A DNA stretch of 64,000 nt from a virus: the IMG/VR virus record IMGVR_UViG_3300020448_000002, positions 62,270 to 126,269 of that record; one strand, written 5' to 3'. Position 1 is the first letter of the stretch. Every line of letters starts with the position of its first letter. The notes beneath the pieces are model-generated. The model did not search any database. It saw only the letters and a list, made by a program, of their open reading frames with translations, and was not told the DNA's origin. The position numbers were made by a program, and so were the translations under genes. Shown here piece after piece: positions 47,432 to 57,063 of the stretch.

Positions 47432-49684
47432 ATGGCAGCGAATCAATCATCGCCAGGTGTAGTAGTACAAGAGAGAGATCTGACAACTGTCTCTACAGTA
47501 TCAACTGCGAATATTGGTGTAATGGCAGCCCCCTTTGAGTTGGGACCTGTAGAAGAAATCATCGAGGTCTCAGGTGAGAGACAACTTGCAGAAGTGTTTG
47601 GTGAACCAAATGATAACAACTATGAGTATTGGTTTACAGCAGCACAGTATCTTGCATATGGTGGAACATTAAAAACAATCCGCGTATCATCTGCATCATT
47701 GAAAAATGCTGTTGATACAGGAACTGCTCCATTAATTAAGAATTTACAATCGTACGAAACATCTTACGAAGAAGCAAATAACAACTGGACTTGGGCAGCT
47801 AGAACTGCAGGTTCTAAAGGTAACTCAATCGGTATATTTGTAACTGACTCAGGTGCTGATCAAATCGCTGTTATACCTGCTCCTGGTTCTGGTAACGATC
47901 CTGAGTTTGTCGCTGATGCTGCTGTAACTGCATCTTCTGGTGCTGCAGGTAAAGTATTCAAATACTCTATTGTCTTAACAGTAACAAGCGTTGTCGGAGA
48001 TTTTACACCTGGTACAACAACTACTATTAGTATTTCTGGTTCTAACGAAACAGTTAATGTATTAGCATGGGATCCAACAAATCTTAAATTAGAGATTGGA
48101 TTACCTGGTGGTGGAGTTACTGGTATCATCGCTGATGGTCAAACAATAACTCAAGGATCAAATACTTGCGATATCGCTACAGGTGGTATTGAAAGAAAAT
48201 TATATATCGCATCTGACAAAGGCACTGTTGCTTTTGCAGCTGCTGATAGCATCCAAGATACAAACTCTACAGCATTCTCTATTACTTCTGTAAGAAATGA
48301 GTATGCAGAGCGTGAGTATCTACCTGGTGTAAAGTGGATTAACGTGGCTCCACGTCCTGAGACTTCACAGTTTGCAGTTGCAAATGGTGGATTCAGAGAT
48401 GAACTACACGTTCTTGTCATTGATATAGACGGTAAAATCACAGGTACTGTTGGTGCATTACTTGAAAGATTTGTCGGTTTATCAAAGGCATCAGATGCTA
48501 AGACTTCCGTTGGAGAAACTAACTACTATCCAGAAGTTCTTAAGCAAAAGTCTCAATATGTTTATTGGGGTGAGCACGAGGATACAACATTCTCTGCTAC
48601 TGGAACTCCTTCTGATGGTGTATTTGGTGGAAGTGCTCAGAACAAACAGTTTAACTTACTACGTTCTGCAGCTGGTTCAACAGATTATCCTGATGGAAGA
48701 ACAACAATAGGTTCTAAGAACAACTCAACATATTACTACAGACTTGCCAGTGGTGCAGATTATGCAACATCTGGTGGTAACTATACAGTTTCAAATACTG
48801 ATATCGCTACTGCATATCAATTAGTAGAAGATCCTGAGTCACAGACAATCGACTTTATTCTCGCTGGTCCTTCTGGTGCTGATGACGCAAGTGCAATCGC
48901 TAAGATTACTTCACTAACAAATATCGTAGAAGAGCGTAGAGACTGTATGTTATTCGTATCACCTAGACGTGCAAACGTTGTTGGTGTAAGTAGTGGAACA
49001 ACTGTTACTTCAAATATAATTGACTTCTTCAAGCAATTACCAAGTTCTTCTTACATGGTATTTGATTCTGGATACAAATATATCTACGATAAGTATAATG
49101 ATGTTTATAGATACATTCCTTGTAACGGTGACGTAGCAGGTCTATGTTTACAAGCAACAGAAACTGCTGAAGCATGGTTCTCACCTGCAGGTTTCCAACG
49201 TGGTGTTCTAAGAAATGCTATTAAACTAGCATATACACCAACTAAAACTCAGCGTGATAACTTATACGCAAACAGAGTTAACCCAATCGTATCCTTCCCT
49301 GGTCAGGGTGTGGTACTATTCGGTGATAAGACTGCTCTTGGATTTGCAAGTGCATTTGATAGAATTAACATTCGTCGCTTGTTCTTGGTTGTTGAGAGAG
49401 TTATCTCTGGTGCTGCTAAAGCACAACTCTTTGAACAGAACGATGAGTCACAAAGATCACTCTTTGTTAATATCATCGAACCTTATCTAAGGGATGTTCA
49501 AGGACGTAGAGGTGTTACAGACTTTATTGTTAAGTGTGATTCTTCTAACAATACTCCAGAGGCAGTTGACCGTGGAGAATTTTATGCGGAAGTATACTTG
49601 AAGCCAACACGCACAATTAACTACATTACACTAACATTCGTTGCAACACGGACAGGTGTAAGTTTCGGTGAGGTAGCAAGCTAG
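47432..49684 (+). CDS. gp18: Tail sheath protein gp18
   Basis: SPGVVVQERDLT, AWFSPAGFQRG, LFGDKT, FDRINIRRLF, FEQNDE, INYITLTFVATRTGVSF. Confidence 0.96.
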   Translation: MAANQSSPGVVVQERDLTTVSTVSTANIGVMAAPFELGPVEEIIEVSGERQLAEVFGEPNDNNYEYWFTAAQYLAYGGTLKTIRVSSASLKNAVDTGTAPLIKNLQSYETSYEEANNNWTWAARTAGSKGNSIGIFVTDSGADQIAVIPAPGSGNDPEFVADAAVTASSGAAGKVFKYSIVLTVTSVVGDFTPGTTTTISISGSNETVNVLAWDPTNLKLEIGLPGGGVTGIIADGQTITQGSNTCDIATGGIERKLYIASDKGTVAFAAADSIQDTNSTAFSITSVRNEYAEREYLPGVKWINVAPRPETSQFAVANGGFRDELHVLVIDIDGKITGTVGALLERFVGLSKASDAKTSVGETNYYPEVLKQKSQYVYWGEHEDTTFSATGTPSDGVFGGSAQNKQFNLLRSAAGSTDYPDGRTTIGSKNNSTYYYRLASGADYATSGGNYTVSNTDIATAYQLVEDPESQTIDFILAGPSGADDASAIAKITSLTNIVEERRDCMLFVSPRRANVVGVSSGTTVTSNIIDFFKQLPSSSYMVFDSGYKYIYDKYNDVYRYIPCNGDVAGLCLQATETAEAWFSPAGFQRGVLRNAIKLAYTPTKTQRDNLYANRVNPIVSFPGQGVVLFGDKTALGFASAFDRINIRRLFLVVERVISGAAKAQLFEQNDESQRSLFVNIIEPYLRDVQGRRGVTDFIVKCDSSNNTPEAVDRGEFYAEVYLKPTRTINYITLTFVATRTGVSFGEVAS

Positions 49685-49700
49685 CACTGGAATATTGAAG

Positions 49701-49726
49701 AAAGACTCCTTCGGGGGTCTTTTTTT
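49701..49726 (+). terminator. Rho-independent terminator with cUUCGg loop
   Basis: aaagactc-cttcgg-gggtcttttttt downstream of gp18. Confidence 0.85.
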
Positions 49727-49748
49727 ATGCTTAAAAATTTTATTTTGT

Positions 49749-49755
49749 CTAAATA
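49749..49755 (+). promoter_or_regulatory. Late promoter variant CTAAATA for gp19
   Basis: gtCTAAATAct after the terminator, upstream of ATG 49790. Confidence 0.55.
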
Positions 49756-49789
49756 CTACTGACGGAAATTTTTTTATATAAAGGAACCA

Positions 49790-50371
49790 ATGGCAGAAAG
49801 AGGAACTATTGATGATTTTAAAGCGAAAGTCACCTCCGACTTCGCACGTCCTAATCTATTCCAAGTCGATCTTGCATTCCCTACTGATATACTTCAAGGA
49901 GCAGACCTTATTGATTTAGGGAAGTTTACTGTGAGAGCAGCTAATCTACCTTCATCTCAGGTTGGTGTTATTGAAGTTCCTTTCAGAGGAAGAGTATTAA
50001 AGATTGCGGGAGACAGGACATTTGAACCTTGGACAATTACTGTTATGAATGACAGTGGGTTCAAAGTCAGAACCGCATTTGAATTGTGGGCATCAAGTAT
50101 TCAAGCATATAATGAGAACTTTACATCAGCTGCAGGTCTTGGTGACAAGTCTGATAGTACTGGTTACTTCGCGGATATGAAAGTTCATCAGTTGGCAAGA
50201 GATCTTAAAGCGGGTGAGCAACCTAAGATTCTTAAATCTTATAAGTTCTATAACGTATTCCCAAGTAATATCGCTGCAATCGATCTTGATTTCGGTAATA
50301 ATGACGCAGTTGAAGAGTTCACAGTGGAGTTACAAGTCCAATACTGGATGCCAGAATTGACTTCTCAGTAA
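49790..50371 (+). CDS. gp19: Tail tube protein gp19
   Basis: ARPNLFQV, AANLPSS, VPFRGRVLKIAGDRTFEPWTITVMND, VEEFTVELQVQYW. Confidence 0.96.
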   Translation: MAERGTIDDFKAKVTSDFARPNLFQVDLAFPTDILQGADLIDLGKFTVRAANLPSSQVGVIEVPFRGRVLKIAGDRTFEPWTITVMNDSGFKVRTAFELWASSIQAYNENFTSAAGLGDKSDSTGYFADMKVHQLARDLKAGEQPKILKSYKFYNVFPSNIAAIDLDFGNNDAVEEFTVELQVQYWMPELTSQ

Positions 50372-50375
50372 CCTC

Positions 50376-50382
50376 CTAAATA
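50376..50382 (+). promoter_or_regulatory. Late promoter variant CTAAATA for gp20
   Basis: ctcCTAAATAtag in the gp19-gp20 gap. Confidence 0.55.
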
Positions 50383-50407
50383 TAGTAGGAACAATCATTA
50401 AAATATA

Positions 50408-52024
50408 ATGGCACAGCAGCTCTTCGGTTTTTCACTGCAGAGAGCAAAGAAGGTTCCCAAGGGACCTTCTTTTGTTCAAAAAGATAGCTTAGACGGATCA
50501 CAACCCGTAGTTGGTGGTGGTTACTATGGCTACTCTGTTGACTTTGATGGACAAATTAGAAATGAGTATGAACTAATCACTCGTTATAGAGAGATGGTTC
50601 TACAACCAGAATGTGATAGTGCGGTTGACGATGTAGTTAACGAAACTATCTGTGGTAACTTTGATGACGTACCTGTAGAGTTAGAACTATCTAACCTCAA
50701 GGTATCTGAAAAAATTAAAAAATTAATGAGAGAAGAGTTTGATGAGATTCTTCGCTTATTAGATTTTGATAATAGATCTTATGAGATCTTCCGTAGATGG
50801 TATGTTGACGGTAGATTATTTTATCATAAAGTTATAGATCCGAAGAAACCACGTAACGGTTTGGTAGAATTACGCTATATTGATCCTCGTAAGATCCGTA
50901 AGGTTACAGAGTATGAACAGAAGAAACCTGGCGAGTTAAGGAATCAAGATCTGAATACTCAGTTGACTCAGAAGAGTGCTGAGTATTTCTTGTATAATCC
51001 TAAAGGTCTTAGAAATTCTACTAATCAAGGATTAAAAATTGCACCTGATTCAATTACATATTGTCATTCTGGTATACAGGATCTCAATAAGAACATGGTG
51101 TTATCACACTTACACAAAGCAATTAAGGCAGTCAATCAGTTAAGAATGATTGAAGATAGTTTAGTTATATACAGACTATCAAGAGCACCAGAAAGAAGAA
51201 TATTTTATATCGATGTTGGTAACTTACCTAAGAACAAAGCGGAGCAATATCTTCGTGAAGTTATGGGTCGTTACAGAAACAAACTTGTATATGATGCAAA
51301 CACAGGAGAGATTAAAGATGACAAAAAATTCATGTCAATGCTCGAAGACTTCTGGTTACCCAGACGAGAAGGAGGACGAGGTACTGAAATCACTACGTTG
51401 CCAGGTGGACAAAATCTTGGAGAACTTGAGGATGTCAAATACTTCCAAAAGAAATTATACAAATCACTCAACGTTCCGAACTCAAGGTTAGAAACAGAAA
51501 CTACATTTAACATTGGACGTGCTGCAGAAATCACACGTGATGAAGTTAAATTCCAAAAGTTTGTTGCACGTTTGCGTAAACGTTTCGGAGAATTGTTTAT
51601 AGATCTCCTCAAGACTCAATTAATTCTAAAAGGAATTATATCTATTGAAGATTGGGAAGAGTATAAAGAACATATTCAGTTTGATTATATCGCTGATAAC
51701 TACTTTACTGAACTCAAAGAGATTGAAATCCGTAATGAAAGGATGAATGAAGTTAATCAGATGGATCCTTATGTCGGTAAATACTTCTCTATCGAACACA
51801 TACGTCGTCAGATTCTTAAACAGACTGATATGGAAATTAAAGAAATAGATAAACAGATAGAGGCAGAAACGGAGGCAGGATTAATTATGTCTCCAGAAGA
51901 TCAGATGGCTGCAGAAATGGGAGTAATGCCAGGTGAAGAGGGTGGAGTTCCACCCGATGAAGGAGTACCCCAAGACCCAAAGTCCGCGATTGACCCTGCT
52001 GATTTAAAGCGAGGGGAATTCTAA
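50408..52024 (+). CDS. gp20: Portal vertex protein gp20
   Basis: FRRWYVDGR, LRYIDPRKIR, NQLRMIEDSLVIYRLSRAPERRIFYIDVGNLPK, EDFWLPRREGGRGTEITTLPGG. Confidence 0.97.
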   Translation: MAQQLFGFSLQRAKKVPKGPSFVQKDSLDGSQPVVGGGYYGYSVDFDGQIRNEYELITRYREMVLQPECDSAVDDVVNETICGNFDDVPVELELSNLKVSEKIKKLMREEFDEILRLLDFDNRSYEIFRRWYVDGRLFYHKVIDPKKPRNGLVELRYIDPRKIRKVTEYEQKKPGELRNQDLNTQLTQKSAEYFLYNPKGLRNSTNQGLKIAPDSITYCHSGIQDLNKNMVLSHLHKAIKAVNQLRMIEDSLVIYRLSRAPERRIFYIDVGNLPKNKAEQYLREVMGRYRNKLVYDANTGEIKDDKKFMSMLEDFWLPRREGGRGTEITTLPGGQNLGELEDVKYFQKKLYKSLNVPNSRLETETTFNIGRAAEITRDEVKFQKFVARLRKRFGELFIDLLKTQLILKGIISIEDWEEYKEHIQFDYIADNYFTELKEIEIRNERMNEVNQMDPYVGKYFSIEHIRRQILKQTDMEIKEIDKQIEAETEAGLIMSPEDQMAAEMGVMPGEEGGVPPDEGVPQDPKSAIDPADLKRGEF

Positions 52025-52027
52025 TTA

Positions 52028-52034
52028 CTAAATA
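52028..52034 (+). promoter_or_regulatory. Late promoter variant CTAAATA
   Basis: taCTAAATAg between gp20 and ORF 52056. Confidence 0.5.
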
Positions 52035-52055
52035 GATAATGAAGGTAACTAATTT

Positions 52056-52394
52056 ATGGCAAGCGAAATAGCAAACACTATCATCGACCACATCTTTGGT
52101 GATGAAAAAGCAAAAGCAGTTGATGCAATGAATGATGCATTAAGTGCTACAGCTTATGATGCAATACAAGCTCAGAAAGCCGAATTTGCAAAAACAATGG
52201 GGTTTAATATGGATCAAACTGCACAAGCAGTTGCGGATGATCTAGAAGATAAACTCGTTGATGATGGATCTGGTGAAACAAAGGTAGAACCTGTAACAGG
52301 TAGAATGCCTCATGAACCACCAGAAGGTGAGGTTCAAACAGAACCACCTGCCGAAGAACCCGTAGAGGAACCCAACAATGAGACTAATAGCTGA
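52056..52394 (+). CDS. Acidic prohead core protein (gp67-like position)
   Basis: Small acidic protein between portal and prohead protease. Confidence 0.6.
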   Translation: MASEIANTIIDHIFGDEKAKAVDAMNDALSATAYDAIQAQKAEFAKTMGFNMDQTAQAVADDLEDKLVDDGSGETKVEPVTGRMPHEPPEGEVQTEPPAEEPVEEPNNETNS

Positions 52395-53022
52395 AGAAAT
52401 CGAAGCAGTAGAATTTATTACTGAAGAAAAGGGTGGTAAAAAATCACACTTTATAGAAGGTATATTTCTACAATCTGAGATAACAAATAAAAATGGAAGG
52501 ATGTATCCTTTCAAAACACTTCAGAGAGAAGTTGCTAAGTACGAAGAGTCACAGATCAGAAAAGGTCGTGCACTTGGAGAACTTGGACATCCAGACGGTC
52601 CTTCAATTAACCTAGATAGAGTATCACATAAGATCGAATCTTTGAAAGAAGACGGAAATAATTTCGTTGGAAGAGCAAAGATACTTGATACACCTATGGG
52701 TAACATTGCATCATCACTACTAAGTGAAGGTGTAAGACTAGGAGTTTCTTCAAGAGGAATGGGTTCTCTGAAGAAAGAATCTGATTGCAACATAGTCCAA
52801 GATGACTTTATGCTTGCAACTGCTGCTGATATAGTAGCAGACCCTTCTGCTCCAGACGCTTTTGTGGATGGAATCATGGAAGGAAAAGAGTGGGTTTGGG
52901 ATAATGGCATCTTAAAAGAAGCAGCTATTGCGGAAATTAAGGATGAAATTGACCATGCAACTCTCATAAACTTACAGGAAAAGAAGCTTTCCGCATTTGA
53001 AAAGTTTCTTAAGAGTCTGTAG
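52378..53022 (+). CDS. gp21: Prohead core protease gp21
   Basis: IEGIFLQ, NKNGRMY, ALGELGHP, INLDRVSH, GVSSRGMGSL, ADIVADPSAPDAFV. Confidence 0.95.
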   Translation: MRLIAEEIEAVEFITEEKGGKKSHFIEGIFLQSEITNKNGRMYPFKTLQREVAKYEESQIRKGRALGELGHPDGPSINLDRVSHKIESLKEDGNNFVGRAKILDTPMGNIASSLLSEGVRLGVSSRGMGSLKKESDCNIVQDDFMLATAADIVADPSAPDAFVDGIMEGKEWVWDNGILKEAAIAEIKDEIDHATLINLQEKKLSAFEKFLKSL

Positions 53023-53024
53023 TT

Positions 53025-53032
53025 TATAAATA
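53025..53032 (+). promoter_or_regulatory. Late promoter TATAAATA for gp22-gp23
   Basis: Exact consensus just after the gp21 stop; GGAG RBS before ATG 53069. Confidence 0.8.
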
Positions 53033-53068
53033 AAACTGTATATAACGCTAAGAAATCGGAGTTAAACA

Positions 53069-54154
53069 ATGTCTGAGACCTCTACTAAAGAGTTAGATAA
53101 CATGGAAACAGTGAAAGAAGACGCAGCAACTGGAACAGCAGCTATAACAAAAGGTGCAACGTCTGGAGAAAAGATTGATACTTCCCAAGGTAAGTACACT
53201 GATATCGGTGGATCCGATAGTAAGGGTAAACCAGAAGGAACAGAAAATCTAGGAGCTAAAGCTGCATCACCTGTAGGTGCTACTAAGGATTCCTCATTAA
53301 AGACGAAACCTAGCAACGCATCGAGTTCCATGCCTGGTGCACTGTCAAGTAAAATCTTCGATGACGTGGAGAAGAAAGATGGCGAAACAATCCAAGAAGA
53401 GCCAGAGTCTGAAGAAACCAAGTACGACTTTACTCAAGATGTTGACGCTCTTGTCTCTGGTGAAGAACTCACAGAAGAGTTCAGAGTAAAAGCTGCAACA
53501 ATCTTTGAAGCTGCAGTTACTTCACGTGTTAATGAGGAAACTAAAGCGTTAACCGAAGCATTTGAATCTACTCTGACTGAAGAAGTCGAGAAGATCAAAA
53601 CAGAATTGGCTGAAAAAGTTGATGACTATCTATCTTATGCTGCTGAACAGTGGATCAAAGAGAATTCACTCGCTGTTGAGCACGGTATAAAGACTGAGAT
53701 GGCAGAGTCATTCTTTAACGGTCTAAAAGGTCTCTTCGTAGAACATAATTTTGATGTTCCCGAAGACAAATATAACCTGCTTGATGGTATGGCAGGGGAA
53801 TTAGATGATATGGAAAAGAAACTCAATGAGCAAATCGACTCTAATGTATCTTTGAACAAGAGGATTGGAGAGTTTGTTAAAATGGAAATCGTGAACGAAT
53901 GTGCTGCAGGTCTCGCAGAGACTCAAAAAGAGAAGCTTGCTTCTTTAGCAGAGGGTGTTGAGTTTGAAAATGAAGAAGACTTTAAATCAAAAGTCGAGAC
54001 AATTAAGGAATCATATTTCACTAGGAAGGCTGAAGTCGCTGCAGAAGCTGCAAAGACAGAACCCACCGAGGAAAGTTCAGAACCCTTAGTTGAAAGTACA
54101 GCAAGCGGTACCATGGGTAAATACGTGGATGCAATCGCTCGTTGGTCCAAATAA
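53069..54154 (+). CDS. gp22: Prohead core scaffold protein gp22
   Basis: EELTEEFRVKAATIFEAAV, KVDDYLSYAAEQW, GIKTEMAESF, IKESYF; acidic coiled coil. Confidence 0.93.
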   Translation: MSETSTKELDNMETVKEDAATGTAAITKGATSGEKIDTSQGKYTDIGGSDSKGKPEGTENLGAKAASPVGATKDSSLKTKPSNASSSMPGALSSKIFDDVEKKDGETIQEEPESEETKYDFTQDVDALVSGEELTEEFRVKAATIFEAAVTSRVNEETKALTEAFESTLTEEVEKIKTELAEKVDDYLSYAAEQWIKENSLAVEHGIKTEMAESFFNGLKGLFVEHNFDVPEDKYNLLDGMAGELDDMEKKLNEQIDSNVSLNKRIGEFVKMEIVNECAAGLAETQKEKLASLAEGVEFENEEDFKSKVETIKESYFTRKAEVAAEAAKTEPTEESSEPLVESTASGTMGKYVDAIARWSK

Positions 54155-54178
54155 TAAACTACTAACTTAGGAGACATA

Positions 54179-55576
54179 ATGTCACTACAATCACTCCAAG
54201 AAAAGTGGGCACCCGTTCTAAACCACGAAGCTCTTCCAGGCATCGAGGACACATATAAGAAAGGCGTAGTCGCACAACTTCTTGAGAACCAAGAAATAGC
54301 ATTAAGAGAAGAAGGGAATGCTTTAAACGAAACTCTTCAAACAGTTGGAACAGGTGGATTCGGTGGCGGTGCAACCGCAACAGGTCCAGTCGCAGGTTTC
54401 GACCCAGTTCTAATTTCATTGATCAGAAGATCAATGCCAATGTTGATCGCTTACGATATCGCAGGTGTTCAACCAATGACAGGTCCTACAGGACTTATCT
54501 TTGCAATGAGAACAGCTTATGGTAGCGAAAGAAGCCCTGCTTCTAGCGACTTCCGTGAAGCAATGTTCAACGAGCCTAACGCAGGTTTCTCTGGTGGTGC
54601 AGGTACAGGTTTATCAAACTATGACCCAACAGCATCAAGTTCTGCAGTTAACGACGCTGAAGGTGCAAACCCAGGTGTTCTTAACGACTCATCACCAGGA
54701 ACTTACGAGTTAACAGGTGACGGAGCAGGTATGGCTACAACCACTGCTGAAGGTTTAGATGACTCTAGTGCATCTACAGCATTCAGAGAGATGGGTTTCT
54801 CAATCGAGAAAGTAACCGTTACAGCGAAATCCAGAGCACTAAAGGCTGAGTATTCAATCGAACTTGCTCAAGACTTGAAAGCAATTCATGGTCTTGATGC
54901 CGAGCAAGAATTGTCTAATATTCTTTCAACAGAAATACTTGCTGAAATAAACAGAGAAGTTGTTCGTACTATCTACGTTAACGCAGTAGAAGGTGCACAG
55001 AATAACGTTGCTGATGCAGGTATCTTTGACCTTGACGTTGACTCAAATGGTAGATGGTCAGTTGAGAAGTTCAAAGGACTTCTATTCCAGATCGAAAGAG
55101 ATTCCAACGCTATCGGGCAACAGACTCGTCGCGGGAAGGGCAACATATTAATCTGCTCTGCAGACGTTGCATCTGCTCTTGGAATGGCTGGAGTTCTTGA
55201 TTACGCTCCTGCTCTTAATGGTAACAACGCTTTGACAGGTGTAGACGATACATCTTCAACTCTTGTTGGAACATTAAACGGAAGAATCAAGGTTTACGTT
55301 GATCCATATTCAGCAAACGTAGCAGACAAGCACTTCTATGTTGCAGGATACAAAGGTACTTCACCTTATGACGCAGGATTATTCTACTGTCCTTACGTTC
55401 CATTACAGCAAGTTAGAGCAATCAACCCTAACACCTTCCAACCAAAAATTGGTTTCAAGACTCGTTACGGTATGGTTTCTAACCCATTCTCACAGGGACT
55501 TACACAAGGATCTGGAGCACTTACAGCTAACAGCAATAAGTACTACAGAAGAGTTCAAGTTGCGAACATCATGTAA
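54179..55576 (+). CDS. gp23: Major capsid protein gp23
   Basis: EKWAPVL, FDPVLISLIRR, GVQPMTGPTGLIFAMR, KSRALKAEYSIELAQDLKAIHGLDAE, FYCPYVPL, FQPKIGFKTRYG. Confidence 0.98.
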   Translation: MSLQSLQEKWAPVLNHEALPGIEDTYKKGVVAQLLENQEIALREEGNALNETLQTVGTGGFGGGATATGPVAGFDPVLISLIRRSMPMLIAYDIAGVQPMTGPTGLIFAMRTAYGSERSPASSDFREAMFNEPNAGFSGGAGTGLSNYDPTASSSAVNDAEGANPGVLNDSSPGTYELTGDGAGMATTTAEGLDDSSASTAFREMGFSIEKVTVTAKSRALKAEYSIELAQDLKAIHGLDAEQELSNILSTEILAEINREVVRTIYVNAVEGAQNNVADAGIFDLDVDSNGRWSVEKFKGLLFQIERDSNAIGQQTRRGKGNILICSADVASALGMAGVLDYAPALNGNNALTGVDDTSSTLVGTLNGRIKVYVDPYSANVADKHFYVAGYKGTSPYDAGLFYCPYVPLQQVRAINPNTFQPKIGFKTRYGMVSNPFSQGLTQGSGALTANSNKYYRRVQVANIM

Positions 55577-55598
55577 TTCGGATATTACATATATCACT

Positions 55599-55623
55599 AA
55601 GAGACCTTCGGGTCTCTTTTTTT
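55599..55623 (+). terminator. Rho-independent terminator with cUUCGg loop after gp23
   Basis: aagagacc-ttcg-ggtctctt followed by a T-run. Confidence 0.9.
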
Positions 55624-55631
55624 ATGCTATC

Positions 55632-55638
55632 ATAAATA
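55632..55638 (+). promoter_or_regulatory. Late promoter ATAAATA immediately before def
   Basis: cATAAATAcaacATG: only 4 nt between the motif and the start codon. Confidence 0.6.
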
Positions 55639-55642
55639 CAAC

Positions 55643-56086
55643 ATGTTAAAAACTTTAATCCCACCAGAAGATTCTTTACTACATCGCAAGATCAAAGGAT
55701 GTAGTTATAATTTAGATCGTTCTAAATTATCATATACTCTAACTGAGAATATGTTTCATTATTGTGGTGTAGGACTTTCTGCTAATCAAATAGGAATAGA
55801 GGAAAGAGCATTTGTAATGATTTCTAATATGGAAACTCAAGATACTATCACATGCTTTAATCCTAGAATAATAAAAGAATCGAAGGAAGAAGTAGTAATG
55901 GAAGAAGGATGTTTATCTTATCCAGAATTGTTTATAGAAATATCAAGACCCAGTAGTATCATAGTTAAGTATGAGGATGAAGGAAAAGAACTTCATAAGG
56001 TTAAATTAACAGGATTTATAGCAAGAATCTTTCAGCATGAGTATGATCATATGGAAGGTATTGATTTTACACAAAAGACTAAATAG
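55643..56086 (+). CDS. def: Peptide deformylase (auxiliary gene)
   Basis: All three PDF motifs are present: GVGLSANQ, EGCLS, QHEYDH. 147 aa, ending shortly after HEXXH. Confidence 0.93.
   Translation: MLKTLIPPEDSLLHRKIKGCSYNLDRSKLSYTLTENMFHYCGVGLSANQIGIEERAFVMISNMETQDTITCFNPRIIKESKEEVVMEEGCLSYPELFIEISRPSSIIVKYEDEGKELHKVKLTGFIARIFQHEYDHMEGIDFTQKTK
56079..56085 (+). promoter_or_regulatory. Late promoter variant CTAAATA for gp3, overlapping the def stop
   Basis: agaCTAAATAgttaaaaagtttaATG. Confidence 0.5.
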
Positions 56087-56098
56087 TTAAAAAGTTTA

Positions 56099-56656
56099 AT
56101 GGCTAATTGGTATAAAGACCAACTTACAAACAAGAACTTCTTATCACCGATAGGATTTGTTTTTCTGATAGAAAAGGCAAGGAAGACTGCGTTTCTATGT
56201 CAGAAAGCAACCGTTCCTACAATGGTGTTGGGTGATATTGATATACCTACACGTGGTTTTGCTCCTATTCCTATAGAAGGAAACATGAGATATCAAGATT
56301 TAACTATCGAGTTTATAGTTGATGAAGATTTAAGAAACTATATGGAACTCCATAACTGGATGAGAGCATTAGGAACACCTCAAGATCAGCAAGAAAGAAA
56401 TGATTGGCAAGAACAGTGGAATGAATCGAGGGTGCCAGTAGAAAGAGATACTAGATTTTCAGATGCTACTCTACAAGTACTGAATAATAATAACTTGGCT
56501 AATTTTGATATTGTATTTAAAGAATGTTTCCCAGTAGAATTGAGTGCTTTACCATTCGATGTCACATCTGGTGACAATAACTACCTAACAGCTACCGCTA
56601 CGTTCAGATATATACTATATGAAATAAGAAATGTGAACTCTACCATCAAACGGTAA
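56099..56656 (+). CDS. gp3: Tail completion / sheath stabilizer gp3
   Basis: NKNFLSPIGF, EFIVDEDLRNYMELHNWM, FSDATLQVLNNN, FPVELS, TATATFRY. Confidence 0.9.
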   Translation: MANWYKDQLTNKNFLSPIGFVFLIEKARKTAFLCQKATVPTMVLGDIDIPTRGFAPIPIEGNMRYQDLTIEFIVDEDLRNYMELHNWMRALGTPQDQQERNDWQEQWNESRVPVERDTRFSDATLQVLNNNNLANFDIVFKECFPVELSALPFDVTSGDNNYLTATATFRYILYEIRNVNSTIKR

Positions 56657-57063
56657 TGCCAAAAATAAAGTTTGAGAAGACACTACTAATCGGATCAGGC
56701 AAAATTACTTGGTATATGAAGGCAGAAAGGTGGGTAAAACGAAAGTTTAAGAACCCCTTTACGCAACATCTTTTATTAGGTATGATCGAATACTTGAAAA
56801 AAGAGTGGATACGTGTTAAGATAAGTAATGTCATGTTGGATGTAGATTCACAATCACAGCAACTACTCGAAAAATGGGAGCAAGATGACAGAGAACACCG
56901 AACCAAAAGAATGGTTAAGCGGGTGGAGAAAGGAACTTTTGGAGAACCCGATTGGTCTATCGAAATTTCAAATCCAGTTGTTGAAAGAAGGACCGAAGAG
57001 TCTGAGTTCGGCATGGATGTTGGGAGCACTTCATCAGAAGTGGAAGGACAGCAAGGGGATTAA
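56656..57063 (+). CDS. Hypothetical protein
   Basis: TAATG coupling to gp3; 135 aa; 3' part overlaps the next ORF by 179 nt. Confidence 0.6.
   Translation: MPKIKFEKTLLIGSGKITWYMKAERWVKRKFKNPFTQHLLLGMIEYLKKEWIRVKISNVMLDVDSQSQQLLEKWEQDDREHRTKRMVKRVEKGTFGEPDWSIEISNPVVERRTEESEFGMDVGSTSSEVEGQQGD

Noticed and set aside
54179-56656. Absence of a gp24 vertex gene after gp23
   Set aside because: This is the usual state in T4-like cyanophages and is not novel.
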